From contig CAJQSL010000019.1 of the NCBI GenBank assembly GCA_905612315.1, positions 1,198 to 65,197 on the forward strand: DNA of 64,000 nucleotides. Reading direction: 5' to 3'. Shown here piece after piece: positions 12,350 to 23,141 of the stretch. Both the position numbers and the translations under genes were made by a program. The stretch's first letter is position 1. Every line of letters starts with the position of its first letter. The notes beneath the pieces are model-generated. The model was not told the DNA's origin, made no database searches, and worked only from the letters and a program-made list of their open reading frames with translations. This DNA is from an uncultured Francisellaceae bacterium. GTDB lineage: Bacteria > Pseudomonadota > Gammaproteobacteria > Francisellales > CACEW01.

Positions 12350-14255
12350 TTCTATAAAAAAATGGGTTTTGTGAAAAAAGACTAATAGTCTGTCTTCTTT
12401 TAGTTCTAGCTGCAAAAAAAGTACTGCTTCCAGATGCAGACCTATCAGCTTGCGAGGCAGCCTCGCCCCGCTTAAAAACATTATGCAAAAACCAATTATA
12501 AATCCTCTTAAAAAACTGCCTAACAGAACCCAATACTTCAGAACCTAACCAGCTTCTTCTGAACTGACTACTCGAAGAATATAAATCAGCTGTAATTATC
12601 TGCATTTTACCCTTAAGCCTTTGCCATACATCTGCTCTAAAATATTGGTTATTCGGATCTAGAATATGCAAGCTCTCATATGCTTGCTCACAGGCTACCT
12701 CATGACTTAAATCTACATTAGTTATACGCAAATCGATATAACCTAGAATTAGCAAAAACAAAGTCTTTTTATGCCCATTACCCATCCCAACGCAAGAGTC
12801 TAAAGAGTTTAAAATAAATCTAACATCCTCGTGACTAGATAACCTTTGCCATAATTGCATAAAATTTTCAGTAAATAATTTTTCTTCTAAATCATCATTA
12901 CTACTGCTGTCTATGCTGCTGTCTATGCGCCTATTTACCGAGAAATTACTATCAATTTCTAAACCTATACCACCTTGATTATCTTCTCCCCAATAAGGGC
13001 TCATCTCTTCTATTAAGCTTAAACTCAAATCTTCACTATCATCAGAACTACTTTCAAGAATATCAACCCCAAAGCCTAAGCGCATTAAATCAATCTTATT
13101 TTTAATAATTGGCTTTTTTAACTCTGATATTAAAATCGAAGCATCCACAACACCCATGCCACAAGCATCTTTGAATAATTCTCCATCATTTTTTTGTAAT
13201 AGATACTCCATAAAATATAAATAATGAGATAAAGAATTAATAACGTTATTAAAATCCCTACCATCTGCAATCCACCTAAGGCCCTTTTCTCTAATCTGAG
13301 TTAAAAAATCAGTAAAACAACGCACAAAAGGTAAATACTGATCTGATTTATAGCTATCCAAATTTAAAACAAAATTATTTTGAAAAAAATCATACCAACC
13401 TTCTAAGCTTAAAGGCAAACTCGATGGCAAAACTGGCGGCAGCTCTTTAGATATACTAAAAGAATTAGAAAAATCACTATAACCTATCCCAGATAACGGA
13501 TTTAAATACCTACCCTGTGTGATTTTATCTGAAAAAAGCATCCGGGCAATACAATGTATAAGGTTATCCCACTGCGTCATTTGCGCAACTTTATCTAAAA
13601 TATCACTTGAAAGTGCATTTACTGCCTCAATATTATCAAATAAATCATAACCTCTACCATTTTTAGCTCTGAAACAATGGCCATCAGTTATTGCAATATT
13701 ATCAATTCTAAAAAGCTCAATGTTTGTACATGAATCAAGATCAATAAGCACAAACTGCTCATCGCGCAGCATAATATTATTTGGCTTGAAATCAAAATTA
13801 TAAAATCCTTTGAGATATAAGTTTTTTAGAGTTTGAACTTCTAATTGCCCCTTTTGACAAATTTTAACAAAATAATTCTCCTCTTTTGGAGCAGGATCAT
13901 CTATAGGCACTTTTAATAAGTAATTTTCTTTTATTTTATTTAACTTATCCTCACTAATCCCTGCATTACGCGCTTGCTGCTCTAAATCAACCTCTTCAAA
14001 AGAAGGCATGGCTATAAAGCCAGATCGATCGATCTCTTTATATTCAACCGGATAACCCGATTGAATATCTTTTAATAATTTATACTCGGATTTTGCATTT
14101 AAAGGGTCTGTGCCTTTAATCTTAACTATAGCTTTAGGCTGGCCAGCCTCAGACTTAAACTCATATATCCCCGAACCAATGCGAGAAAATTTAGCAGATT
14201 GTAAATCCTCTAATCCATTAATATGCTCAAAAACATTAGAAAACGAATGCGCCAT
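12315..14255 (-). CDS. Atypical eukaryote-like Ser/Thr protein kinase domain protein; candidate effector
   Basis: RIGSG (degenerate Gly loop), AIVK (beta3 Lys), SEY (alphaC Glu), NFDFKPNNIM (catalytic loop), LIDLD (DFG-equivalent); acidic Ser-rich linker; C-terminal amphipathic helix. Confidence 0.75.
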   Translation of the reverse strand: MAHSFSNVFEHINGLEDLQSAKFSRIGSGIYEFKSEAGQPKAIVKIKGTDPLNAKSEYKLLKDIQSGYPVEYKEIDRSGFIAMPSFEEVDLEQQARNAGISEDKLNKIKENYLLKVPIDDPAPKEENYFVKICQKGQLEVQTLKNLYLKGFYNFDFKPNNIMLRDEQFVLIDLDSCTNIELFRIDNIAITDGHCFRAKNGRGYDLFDNIEAVNALSSDILDKVAQMTQWDNLIHCIARMLFSDKITQGRYLNPLSGIGYSDFSNSFSISKELPPVLPSSLPLSLEGWYDFFQNNFVLNLDSYKSDQYLPFVRCFTDFLTQIREKGLRWIADGRDFNNVINSLSHYLYFMEYLLQKNDGELFKDACGMGVVDASILISELKKPIIKNKIDLMRLGFGVDILESSSDDSEDLSLSLIEEMSPYWGEDNQGGIGLEIDSNFSVNRRIDSSIDSSSNDDLEEKLFTENFMQLWQRLSSHEDVRFILNSLDSCVGMGNGHKKTLFLLILGYIDLRITNVDLSHEVACEQAYESLHILDPNNQYFRADVWQRLKGKMQIITADLYSSSSQFRRSWLGSEVLGSVRQFFKRIYNWFLHNVFKRGEAASQADRSASGSSTFFAARTKRRQTISLFSQNPFFYRTMRDQSEAELR

Positions 14256-14321
14256 CCTCACCAGTACCTATATTTTATTTTTATTTTTAATTTTAATTTT
14301 ATTATTAATATCTACCCAGCT

Positions 14322-15638
14322 TTAAGCTTTAATAAGATAATAATACCTCTTAGCTAAAGCATGATATAAAGGCTCCCGGCAAATTAACTTTGATATACCA
14401 GTTGCCATAAGCGAGCTTAGCATAATTGGTAAAACCATATTAGTATTTGTACTGTTTGTCATCTCTAATACAATTACAAAGCAAGTAATGGGAGATTGAA
14501 CGACTCCTGAAAAATAGGCAACGGTTGCTAATAAGATAATCGCTTGCTTAAAGTGTGGCTGAAAAAAGTAAGATAAAATCTCACCAAAGCCCGCGCCACA
14601 AGAAAGGCTTGGTGCAAAAAGACCACCGGAAATTCCACTTAAATAACTACATAAAATACTCAGAAATTTTAAAGGTCCATATACAATATCATAAAAGCCT
14701 CCTTGGCTATTCCCCATTAATAAATCTTTGGCAATACCATACCCGCTGCCAAAAGTGAGGCCTCCACTTAAAACCCCGATAATCGCAACAAATAAACCTA
14801 GAACTATAGCTACTCTATACGGATTATGTTTAAAAACATCATTTATAAGCCCCGAAAGAACACATAATAATTTACTAAAACAACCACCCAAAAATCCACA
14901 CAAAATAGTTACTATTAAAAAAGGCAACCAGCCTGTAATAAAATCCAAAGACGCCACTGAACTACCAAAATAAGTATAATTACCAAGTAGATACTGCGCA
15001 ACAATACCACTTAAAACAACTGTAGTAATAATGGTACCACTAACTCCTCTCTCAAAAGATCCACTTAGCTCTTCTATTGCAAATACAATTCCAGCAAGCG
15101 GAGTATTAAAAGCTGCTGCAATCCCGGCAGCTCCACCAGCTAATAACAAGCCACGCTCTAAATCATGCCGATGAAACTTCCCCCATCGACCTAAAGCTTG
15201 CATAATAGATGCACTAAGTTGAATGGTTGGCCCCTCGCGCCCAATGGATGCCCCACTCATAAAGGCTAATAAAGTTAATGAAAACTTACCTAAGGCTATT
15301 TTCCAAGATACAAGCTTCCTTCTTACCGTCATATTTTTAATTTCTAAAGCTAACATAACTTGTGGAATTCCACTGCCTTGCACCCCAGAGAATACGTTTC
15401 TTATAAGGAAAATAATAACTACAAACATTAAAGGCGTGATTACTAAAGATGCATATGGATAAGCCATAAAGAATGCTGATACTCTTTTATTTAATAAATC
15501 ACAAATCCATGCAAATAAAACACATATTAAACCAACGCTTATCCCACCACCCCAAAATAGAAGTCGGCGCTTCCATAAAGATACGGAAAGAACCTTTTTA
15601 GATTCATCAATTAATGCCTGGCGCTTTATGAGTTTCAT
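14322..15638 (-). CDS. ClC family chloride channel / H+/Cl- antiporter
   Basis: GSGIP, GREGP, GLFAP and AAAFNTPLAG signatures. Confidence 0.96.
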   Translation of the reverse strand: MKLIKRQALIDESKKVLSVSLWKRRLLFWGGGISVGLICVLFAWICDLLNKRVSAFFMAYPYASLVITPLMFVVIIFLIRNVFSGVQGSGIPQVMLALEIKNMTVRRKLVSWKIALGKFSLTLLAFMSGASIGREGPTIQLSASIMQALGRWGKFHRHDLERGLLLAGGAAGIAAAFNTPLAGIVFAIEELSGSFERGVSGTIITTVVLSGIVAQYLLGNYTYFGSSVASLDFITGWLPFLIVTILCGFLGGCFSKLLCVLSGLINDVFKHNPYRVAIVLGLFVAIIGVLSGGLTFGSGYGIAKDLLMGNSQGGFYDIVYGPLKFLSILCSYLSGISGGLFAPSLSCGAGFGEILSYFFQPHFKQAIILLATVAYFSGVVQSPITCFVIVLEMTNSTNTNMVLPIMLSSLMATGISKLICREPLYHALAKRYYYLIKA

Positions 15639-15728
15639 GTTATATTAATGTCAGTATGATTTTAATATCAGATAAATTTGCGGCATTTTAACAGAACTTT
15701 TACTGGCATTCTATTTTAATTTTTTAAA

Positions 15729-16622
15729 TCAATAAAAACTATCCTCGCCCTCTGGTCTAGTTTTAAACCTTCTATGTGCCCATAGGTATTGATCAGGATA
15801 CTCTCTAACCGTACTTTCTAAAATTTGATTATAAGTTTTTGCTAATTCAACTGCTTTTTGTTCCTCTGTCAAATTATTATCAAAAACTAAAGGCTCATAA
15901 TATTTGAGAACATATTCCCCATCTGCCTCTCTATAAAACATAACCGGGATAATTTGTGCATCAGCTTGCTTTGCAATCTTATATAAAATAGTTGATAGAG
16001 TTGCCGTTTGAATATTAAAAAAGTTTACGAAATGAGCATTATCTATTCCCATATCTTGATCTAAGATGTTAATCATTGAACCAGCATTTTTTAAACAAGT
16101 GAGCATTGCTCTAATATCATCGCGTCTGATAGCTTTATGCCCAAACCTTTGTCTGCCTTTAACAATTAAATTATCTATATATAAATTGTCGTGCGGTCTA
16201 TAAATAAAGTTATATTCATAATCATCTGATAATAATTGGGCCAAAATATCCACACAGGTGAAATGCCCACATAAAAACATTATTCCTTGTTTTTTTTCTC
16301 TAGCTTTATTTAAATAATTATCATTATAAATTTTAAATTTCAACTTAAACAACTTATCCTTAGGCTTAAACCAGGCACATAAAGCTTCAAACAAACCGAG
16401 CCCCATATTCTCAAAACATTTTTTAGCCAGCTCTTTTCTTTTTTTATCAGATAACTCAGGAAAACATAACTTTAAGTTTATTAAAGTTATTCTGCGCCTT
16501 TTGGGTATTAAATAATAACATAATAAACCCAAAGCCCTGCCAACCTTAAATAAAAATTTAATTGGAAATAAAAAAACTATAAAGCGACAAATCATTATAA
16601 TGATTATCAAAAACAACCTCAT
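15729..16622 (-). CDS. lpxL: Lipid A late acyltransferase (LpxL/HtrB family)
   Basis: H-x4-D (HFTCVD), DQD, PDQYLWAHRRFKTRP. Confidence 0.92.
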   Translation of the reverse strand: MRLFLIIIIMICRFIVFLFPIKFLFKVGRALGLLCYYLIPKRRRITLINLKLCFPELSDKKRKELAKKCFENMGLGLFEALCAWFKPKDKLFKLKFKIYNDNYLNKAREKKQGIMFLCGHFTCVDILAQLLSDDYEYNFIYRPHDNLYIDNLIVKGRQRFGHKAIRRDDIRAMLTCLKNAGSMINILDQDMGIDNAHFVNFFNIQTATLSTILYKIAKQADAQIIPVMFYREADGEYVLKYYEPLVFDNNLTEEQKAVELAKTYNQILESTVREYPDQYLWAHRRFKTRPEGEDSFY

Positions 16623-16683
16623 AAAAGCGCCTCTTTAAATTAAAAAATTAATCATACTATTTTTAGTATAAATTAAAATTAAC

Positions 16684-16800
16684 TATAGACAAAGAAAATC
16701 AAAATACCAACCGCCGTCGTTGCGAGACTGCGTCGAAGCAATCTCGTGCGTAGCACGTATCTATTTTTTAAAATCGATAAATTGAAATGTTTTGTATATA
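16684..16800 (+). mobile_element. 117-bp TATA-ended MITE-like element carrying a half RPE/REP palindrome
   Basis: Near-identical to the reverse complement of 49470-49586; imperfect terminal inverted repeats (12 of 17 positions). Confidence 0.75.
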
Positions 16801-16814
16801 CTTATAAGGTTTTA

Positions 16815-18431
16815 TTATTTTTTATTTCCGTATGAGACATCAGAAGATGCCAAAACTTTATTTAAATAAGCTGAATATAACATATTGCTATATAAAGACA
16901 TCAATGTACTCGAAGTGTTATCTTTAGCTTTTTTATCTTTTTTATCAGAAGATATTGCTATTTTTTGCAGCTGAAAAACTGCTATTTTGTTTGAGGATAA
17001 CTCGACATAATCTAATGGCTGCTTAGATGCCGCCACATCTTTTGTAATAGGCTTATTAAAAACTGCTAATAATAAATCTTGTGAGATTTTAGTATCTTGT
17101 TGATCTACGCTTTTAAGATCGCCTAAGCTCCAATTATATTTTTTCATAATTAAACTTGCTTGAGCTTGGGTGCCGCCTTTAATCTTCTTAACTAAATCTT
17201 TAGCTAATTTAAATTTGGCATCAGAAATTAGTATTTGCTTAATCTTGTTAGAAACTTCTTTTAGGTCTAATAATTTAATCGGGTGAAAGCTTGCAAAATG
17301 TACAACCAATACTTTTTTACCTGGCAGATTAATTATATCTGAGTTTAATTTTTGTTGTAATACTTCATCAGAAAATGCCATTTTCCTTACAGCTAGGTTT
17401 TTCAAAAGGCCCTTGTAAGAATCATCTGTCATATCCTGTGCAAAAAATTCTGTTTGTTTTATTGGAAAATTTAAACTCATAGATGCTTCTGATAATGAAT
17501 CAGGATTTTCAAATGTTAATTGTTGTAAGTCATTACCTTTTCTTTCATACTGCTTTTGGGCTAGAGACTCAATATATTCTTTTTTTAAATTATTTTTAAA
17601 TTTAGCCAAATCTGCTTTTGATAATTTCTTTTTCTTATCTGTCATATTATCTGCATAATATTGAACTAGGCCTTCGTTATTATCTTTTAAACTATTTGAT
17701 ATGGTTTTATAGATATCATCATAAGATAACAAAATATAATTAACTTTTACTTCAGGTTTTGTTTTAAAATCATTTGGGTGAGCTAAATAATATGCTTTTA
17801 TCTGTTTACTTGTTGGATCTTTAACTTTTAAATTATCTGCATTAATTACAAAATATCTAAATTCGCGAGTTTGATCTTGCTGCTGTTTAAAACTAGATAA
17901 CTCATTAGGCAATATAAAATCACTACTCACTAAACCAAATTTCACCTGATTAATTAATAGATCTTGCTTAAATTGTTTTCTTAGCTGATTTATATTCATA
18001 CCCATCTGCTGCAACATCTCTTTCATTCTACTTTCTGAAAACATTCCGCCTTGCTGAAAATATTGCTGATGCGTAATAATTTGATCTATTAGCTCATTAG
18101 GGACGGATATCCCGAGCTTTTGCGAACTTTGTGCTAAAGCTAGCTGCTGCACAAGGGAGTCTATAACCTGCTTTTTCAAAACCTTTGTATCAATTAAGTT
18201 AGCATTCCCGCTATGAGCTGCTGCCTGCTGCTGATAAGCTCTTTGATAAACTCTATGATAATCCATTTGCGTTATTTTATCTTTATTTACTGTGGCAACT
18301 GTAGTTTGCCTATCTACTTGGGCTGATGAGACATAATAACTAACACCCCACAATAAAAACACTAAAACCAAAATAATTATTACTACCCAGGCGAAAACTC
18401 CCTGCATTTTATCACGCATATTTTGTAACAC
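16815..18431 (-). CDS. ppiD: PpiD periplasmic chaperone, apparently lacking the parvulin domain
   Basis: N-terminal TM, SurA_N-like region, FENPDSL, NSDII; follows hupB; GTG start. Confidence 0.88.
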   Translation of the reverse strand: MLQNMRDKMQGVFAWVVIIILVLVFLLWGVSYYVSSAQVDRQTTVATVNKDKITQMDYHRVYQRAYQQQAAAHSGNANLIDTKVLKKQVIDSLVQQLALAQSSQKLGISVPNELIDQIITHQQYFQQGGMFSESRMKEMLQQMGMNINQLRKQFKQDLLINQVKFGLVSSDFILPNELSSFKQQQDQTREFRYFVINADNLKVKDPTSKQIKAYYLAHPNDFKTKPEVKVNYILLSYDDIYKTISNSLKDNNEGLVQYYADNMTDKKKKLSKADLAKFKNNLKKEYIESLAQKQYERKGNDLQQLTFENPDSLSEASMSLNFPIKQTEFFAQDMTDDSYKGLLKNLAVRKMAFSDEVLQQKLNSDIINLPGKKVLVVHFASFHPIKLLDLKEVSNKIKQILISDAKFKLAKDLVKKIKGGTQAQASLIMKKYNWSLGDLKSVDQQDTKISQDLLLAVFNKPITKDVAASKQPLDYVELSSNKIAVFQLQKIAISSDKKDKKAKDNTSSTLMSLYSNMLYSAYLNKVLASSDVSYGNKK

Positions 18432-18589
18432 GGTATTATGATCTCCAGATTTTAAACTTATTAAAAAAACAACTATAGGATAATAGCATAGCTACTAATC
18501 AGTGAGAAGGATTTCTGTTATACCAAGAGCTTCGCAAAAAAATTCTGTAATCATAATACGTGAGTTCGATACAACAATACCCAACTAAG

Positions 18590-18671
18590 TCGGTGCGAAC
18601 GAGCCGTAGGTGAGCCCTAGCTGCAGCTGGGAAGGAGATTGCTTCGTCACTTCGTTCCTCGCAACGACTAC
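18590..18671. repeat. Partial RPE/REP-like palindrome
   Basis: GCGAACGAGCCGTAGGTGAG...GGAGATTGCTTCGTCACTTCGTTCCTCGCAACGAC, same family as 8313 and 9151. Confidence 0.75.
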
Positions 18672-18677
18672 TTGAAC

Positions 18678-18702
18678 AAAAAATGCGCCAAAAGGCGCAT
18701 TT
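18678..18702 (-). terminator. Intrinsic terminator after hupB
   Basis: Minus strand AAATGCGCC-TTTT-GGCGCATTT followed by more T residues. Confidence 0.8.
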
Positions 18703-18769
18703 CAAATTAAATAAAATCTTAATATCTAAATTAAATAAACTTGTATTACAAATTTATTTAAAAAATAAC

Positions 18770-19054
18770 TTAACTTTTAACAGAGTCTTTAACATGCTTG
18801 CTAAAAGAAACTCCAGGTACACGACAAGCTGGAATGTGGATTTTCTCACCAGTTTTTGGATTAACACCAGCACGAGCTTTTCTGTCTTTAACTTTAAAAG
18901 TACAGAAGTTTTTCAAAGCAACGTCACTTCCACCTTTTAAGCTTTTAACAACGTGTTCTAAAACTGAATCTAAAACTTCGCCAACTAATTTTTTAGTTGC
19001 ATCAACATCGTTAGATACTGCGTCAACCAATTGTGATTTATTTAATGTAGTCAT
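18770..19054 (-). CDS. hupB: HU family DNA-binding protein
   Basis: NKSQLVDAV, RKARAGVNPKTGEKI; between lon and ppiD. Confidence 0.9.
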   Translation of the reverse strand: MTTLNKSQLVDAVSNDVDATKKLVGEVLDSVLEHVVKSLKGGSDVALKNFCTFKVKDRKARAGVNPKTGEKIHIPACRVPGVSFSKHVKDSVKS

Positions 19055-19172
19055 ATGTCTCCCTCTTTAATTTTATACATTTATGTCATAGAAATAAACT
19101 AAGATTATCCTCGTTAAATACAAAGGATGCTAGCATTTTAGATCGCATTTTTAAAATTGTCACTAAAAACAT

Positions 19173-21635
19173 TTAGTTTTTAGATTTATTTTTAGCTTTT
19201 TTTTGTGAAACTAGCGCTATTTCCAAAACATCATCAATCCATTTAACAGGTATAATCTCTAATGGGCCAGTAATTTCTTCAGGAATTTCAGATAGATGGC
19301 GTTTATTTTCCTCAGGAATAATAACAGTTTTTATCCCGCCACGACGAGCAGCTAATAATTTCTCTTTTAAGCCGCCAATTGGCAGAATCTCACCTCTTAA
19401 GGTGATTTCACCTGTCATAGCAACGTCTGCACGCACTTTTTTACCAGATAAAGCTGAAACTAATGCCGTACACATACCTATACCTGCACTTGGGCCATCT
19501 TTAGGAGTAGCACCTTCTGGAACATGCACGTGAATATCTTTTTTCTCATGAAAATCAAGAGCAATATCATAATCTTTGGATCTTGCTCGCACCACGGTCA
19601 ACGCAGCTGAAATAGACTCTTTCATCACATCGCCTAACTGCCCAGTTCGAATGGTTTTGCCCTTGCCAGGCACAACAGTCACCTCAATTTTAAGCAACTC
19701 CCCTCCAACTTCAGTCCAAGCTAAACCTGTCACCTGTCCTAACTGTGCTTTTTTATCGGCTAAGCCAAAAGTATATTGCTTAACTCCTAAATACTTTTCT
19801 AAATCAGTTTGCTTGATGATAGAAGACTTTGTTACTTTCTTTTGTTTGTTTTGCTTCTTTTTATTAGATTTTTCTGAATCTTCTGTAATCTCTAATACAA
19901 CCTTTCTTGCAATCTTAGATAACTTGCGCTCTAAAGATCTAACCCCTGACTCTCTGGTGTAATCTCTTATAATTTTAAGTAAGGTAGTATCAGCTAATTT
20001 AAATTCTTTATCCGTTACGCCATTCTCTTTGCAAACTTTCTTAACCAAATATTTTTTAGCTATATTTAATTTCTCATCTTCAGTGTAACCAGATAAATGA
20101 ATAACCTCCATCCTATCTAATAATGGTGCAGGAATATTCATAGAATTAGATGTACAAATAAAAAATACTTCAGATAAATCTAAATCAACTTCTAAATAAT
20201 GATCATTAAAAGTAGAGTTTTGCTCTGGATCCAAAACTTCTAATAAAGCAGAGGCAGGATCCCCTCTAAAGTCCATCGCCATCTTATCAATCTCATCTAA
20301 TAAAAAGACCGGATTTTTCACTCCCTCTTTTGATAACTTTTGAACTATTTTCCCAGGCATAGAGCCAATATAAGTACGTCTGTGACCCCTTATTTCAGCT
20401 TCATCTCTAATTCCACCTAAGGCTACTCGAGTTAATGGTCTGCCAGTAGCTCGAGCTACAGATGCTCCTAAAGAAGTTTTACCAACCCCTGGTGGACCAA
20501 CTAAACATAAGATTGGACCTTTTATTTTACCAACTCGCTTATGAACTGCCAAATACTCAATGATCCTCTCTTTAACTTTTTCTAAGCCGTAATGATCCGC
20601 CTCTAAAACCTCTTTTGAGAAACTAATACTCTTATTAACCTTCGCCCTTTTTGACCAAGGTACTCCGAGCATATAATCAATATAGTTTCTTGAAACCGTA
20701 GACTCCGCGGACATCAATGGCATTGTTTTTAACTTTTTAAGCTCGGCATTAGTTTTTTCAAGGGCTTCTTCTGGCATTTTGGCTTTTTTTATAGCCTCTT
20801 CCAAAGCTTCAATCTCACTAATACCCTCACTCTCATCAAGCTCTTTTCTAATAGCTTTCATTTGTTCAGTCAAATAATAATCTCGCTGATTTTTTTCAAT
20901 AGAGCTTTTAACTGTCTTACGTATTTTTTTCTCTACTTTTAGAACTTCCATCTCACCTTCAATCAACTCCATCAAACGCTTTATGCGAAGCAATATATCC
21001 TGTTGCTCTAAAATTTCTTGTCTTTGCGGAACTTTTAAATCTAAATGCGCCACTATAGTATCCGTTAGACGAGATGGGTCTTCTATCCCAAACAAAGTAT
21101 GCATAAGCTCAGGCGGCATCTTGGAGCTTATTGCCAAGTAACTCTCAAATTGTGATAACAAACTGCGAATGCCAGCTTTGATTTGTTTTTTGTCTTCAGA
21201 AGTTTCTGGCAAAGGCTCACACTGAACCGATAAAAACCTAGACTTGCTTCCTCTTCCAACAAACTCTTTAACCCTAGCTCGCATCTTTCCTTCCACCAAT
21301 ACCTTAAAGGTACCATCAGGAAGTCTTAATAATTGTAGAATACTCGCAATCGTACCAACATCATAAAGATTCTTAACTCGATACTGCTCCTCGGGAGTCT
21401 TCTGAGCTACCAAAAAGATATTTTGATTATTAGCCATAGCCTCTTCAAGTGCATTTATAGACTTAGCCCTACCAACAAATAATGGCATAACCATATGTGG
21501 AAATAAAACTACATCCCGAAGCGGCAACACCGGCAATAAAACGCTGCCGTTTTTTTCATCAACAGACACATCACTACTGGTATCAGTCTTAGTAGTTTTA
21601 AGTTTATCGTTGTCTGCTCTTTTCTTAGAACCCAT
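19173..21635 (-). CDS. lon: Lon protease
   Basis: LPLRDVV, GPPGVGKT, PKDGPSAG. Confidence 0.99.
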   Translation of the reverse strand: MGSKKRADNDKLKTTKTDTSSDVSVDEKNGSVLLPVLPLRDVVLFPHMVMPLFVGRAKSINALEEAMANNQNIFLVAQKTPEEQYRVKNLYDVGTIASILQLLRLPDGTFKVLVEGKMRARVKEFVGRGSKSRFLSVQCEPLPETSEDKKQIKAGIRSLLSQFESYLAISSKMPPELMHTLFGIEDPSRLTDTIVAHLDLKVPQRQEILEQQDILLRIKRLMELIEGEMEVLKVEKKIRKTVKSSIEKNQRDYYLTEQMKAIRKELDESEGISEIEALEEAIKKAKMPEEALEKTNAELKKLKTMPLMSAESTVSRNYIDYMLGVPWSKRAKVNKSISFSKEVLEADHYGLEKVKERIIEYLAVHKRVGKIKGPILCLVGPPGVGKTSLGASVARATGRPLTRVALGGIRDEAEIRGHRRTYIGSMPGKIVQKLSKEGVKNPVFLLDEIDKMAMDFRGDPASALLEVLDPEQNSTFNDHYLEVDLDLSEVFFICTSNSMNIPAPLLDRMEVIHLSGYTEDEKLNIAKKYLVKKVCKENGVTDKEFKLADTTLLKIIRDYTRESGVRSLERKLSKIARKVVLEITEDSEKSNKKKQNKQKKVTKSSIIKQTDLEKYLGVKQYTFGLADKKAQLGQVTGLAWTEVGGELLKIEVTVVPGKGKTIRTGQLGDVMKESISAALTVVRARSKDYDIALDFHEKKDIHVHVPEGATPKDGPSAGIGMCTALVSALSGKKVRADVAMTGEITLRGEILPIGGLKEKLLAARRGGIKTVIIPEENKRHLSEIPEEITGPLEIIPVKWIDDVLEIALVSQKKAKNKSKN

Positions 21636-21703
21636 AATTTATACCTTACTTTTACTGTAATTATAATATCTTTGGAGCAAGGCTGCATTAATAAAAATAA
21701 AGC

Positions 21704-23077
21704 TTAAGAAGCCTTTGTCTTAGGTGTTCCCTTTTTAGCAGAAGGTTTAGCTTTATTTAAATTTTTATTAACTTGGTTTTTCTTGCCACTTTCCGTTAAT
21801 AAAGTAGGTGATGTATGATCTACAATAGTTTTCTTATCTATAAGAACCTTAACCACTCCTTCAATTGATGGCAGCTCAAACATAATTTCTAATAAAGCCT
21901 CTTCTAAAATCGAGCGCAAGCCACGGGCTCCAGTCTTACGCTTTAAAGCTAAATCAGCTGCAGAGTCAATAGCCTCATCACTAAATTCAACATGTACATC
22001 TTCCATCGCAAATAATTTTTGATATTGCTTGATCAATGCATTTTTAGGCTCGATCAAAATCCTAACCAATGCCTCTTTATCAAGCTCTTCAAGAGTAGTA
22101 ATAACCGGCAACCTACCTGTAAACTCAGGAATCAAACCAAATTTTATTAAATCGGATGGCTCAACCATCGAGAATAATTTAGTTAACGACTGCTCATTAG
22201 CTAAATCTTTTAAATCAGCAGAAAAACCCATCCCGGCCTTGTCAGTTCGCTCTTGAATGATTTTCTCTAGCCCATCAAAAGCTCCACCACAAATAAATAA
22301 AATCTGCGAAGTATCTACTTGCACAAGTTCTTGTTGTGGATGCTTTCTACCGCCTTTCGGTGGAACAGATGCAACCGTACCCTCTATTAACTTTAACAAA
22401 GCCTGTTGTACCCCTTCACCAGACACATCTCTTGTTATAGATTGATTCTCAGATTTTCTCACAATTTTATCTATCTCATCAATATATATAATGCCACTTT
22501 GGGCTTTATCTGCCTTATGATCTGCCTGCTGTAATAATTTTTGAATAACATTCTCAACATCTTCACCAACATAACCTGCCTCAGTTAAAGTTGTAGCATC
22601 AGCCATTGCAAAAGGCACATCTAAATATTTTGCTAGCGTCTGCGCTAGAAGAGTCTTACCACAACCAGTAGGACCAATTAATAAAATATTACTTTTTTGT
22701 AACTCAACATCATGATCAACCTTAACCCTTTCAGAAAAAGTTTGATTTGGATTTTTAAGTAACTGTAATCTTTTATAATGATTATAAACCGCAACTGATA
22801 AAATACGCTTAGCATGATTTTGCCCAATAACATAATTATCAAGATGATCTTTAATCTCAGATGGTTTAGGAAGTTTCTTTGTTAAAATAGAAGCTTCAAC
22901 TACTTCACCTGAAGTCTCTTCTTCAATAATATCTCCACAAAGACTGATGCATTCATTACAAATAAAAACAGAAGGCCCAGCTATAAGCTTTTTAACTTCA
23001 TTTTGACTTTTGCCACAAAATGAGCAATATAAAACTTTTTTAGAACCTTTTGTTTTTGAGCTGGTTTTATCAACCAT
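21704..23077 (-). CDS. clpX: ClpX ATPase
   Basis: CSFCGK zinc finger, [28 protein letters not shown]. Confidence 0.99.
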   Translation of the reverse strand: MVDKTSSKTKGSKKVLYCSFCGKSQNEVKKLIAGPSVFICNECISLCGDIIEEETSGEVVEASILTKKLPKPSEIKDHLDNYVIGQNHAKRILSVAVYNHYKRLQLLKNPNQTFSERVKVDHDVELQKSNILLIGPTGCGKTLLAQTLAKYLDVPFAMADATTLTEAGYVGEDVENVIQKLLQQADHKADKAQSGIIYIDEIDKIVRKSENQSITRDVSGEGVQQALLKLIEGTVASVPPKGGRKHPQQELVQVDTSQILFICGGAFDGLEKIIQERTDKAGMGFSADLKDLANEQSLTKLFSMVEPSDLIKFGLIPEFTGRLPVITTLEELDKEALVRILIEPKNALIKQYQKLFAMEDVHVEFSDEAIDSAADLALKRKTGARGLRSILEEALLEIMFELPSIEGVVKVLIDKKTIVDHTSPTLLTESGKKNQVNKNLNKAKPSAKKGTPKTKAS

Positions 23078-23141
23078 TAGTCAATTACCTCTTCAATATC
23101 AAATATATATGTCTGTTTATTTAAGTATAGCTCAATATGCC

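Noticed and set aside
18499-18705. 68-aa ORF containing SRCEERSDEAIS
   Set aside because: This is the translation of the RPE/REP palindrome and crosses the hupB terminator.
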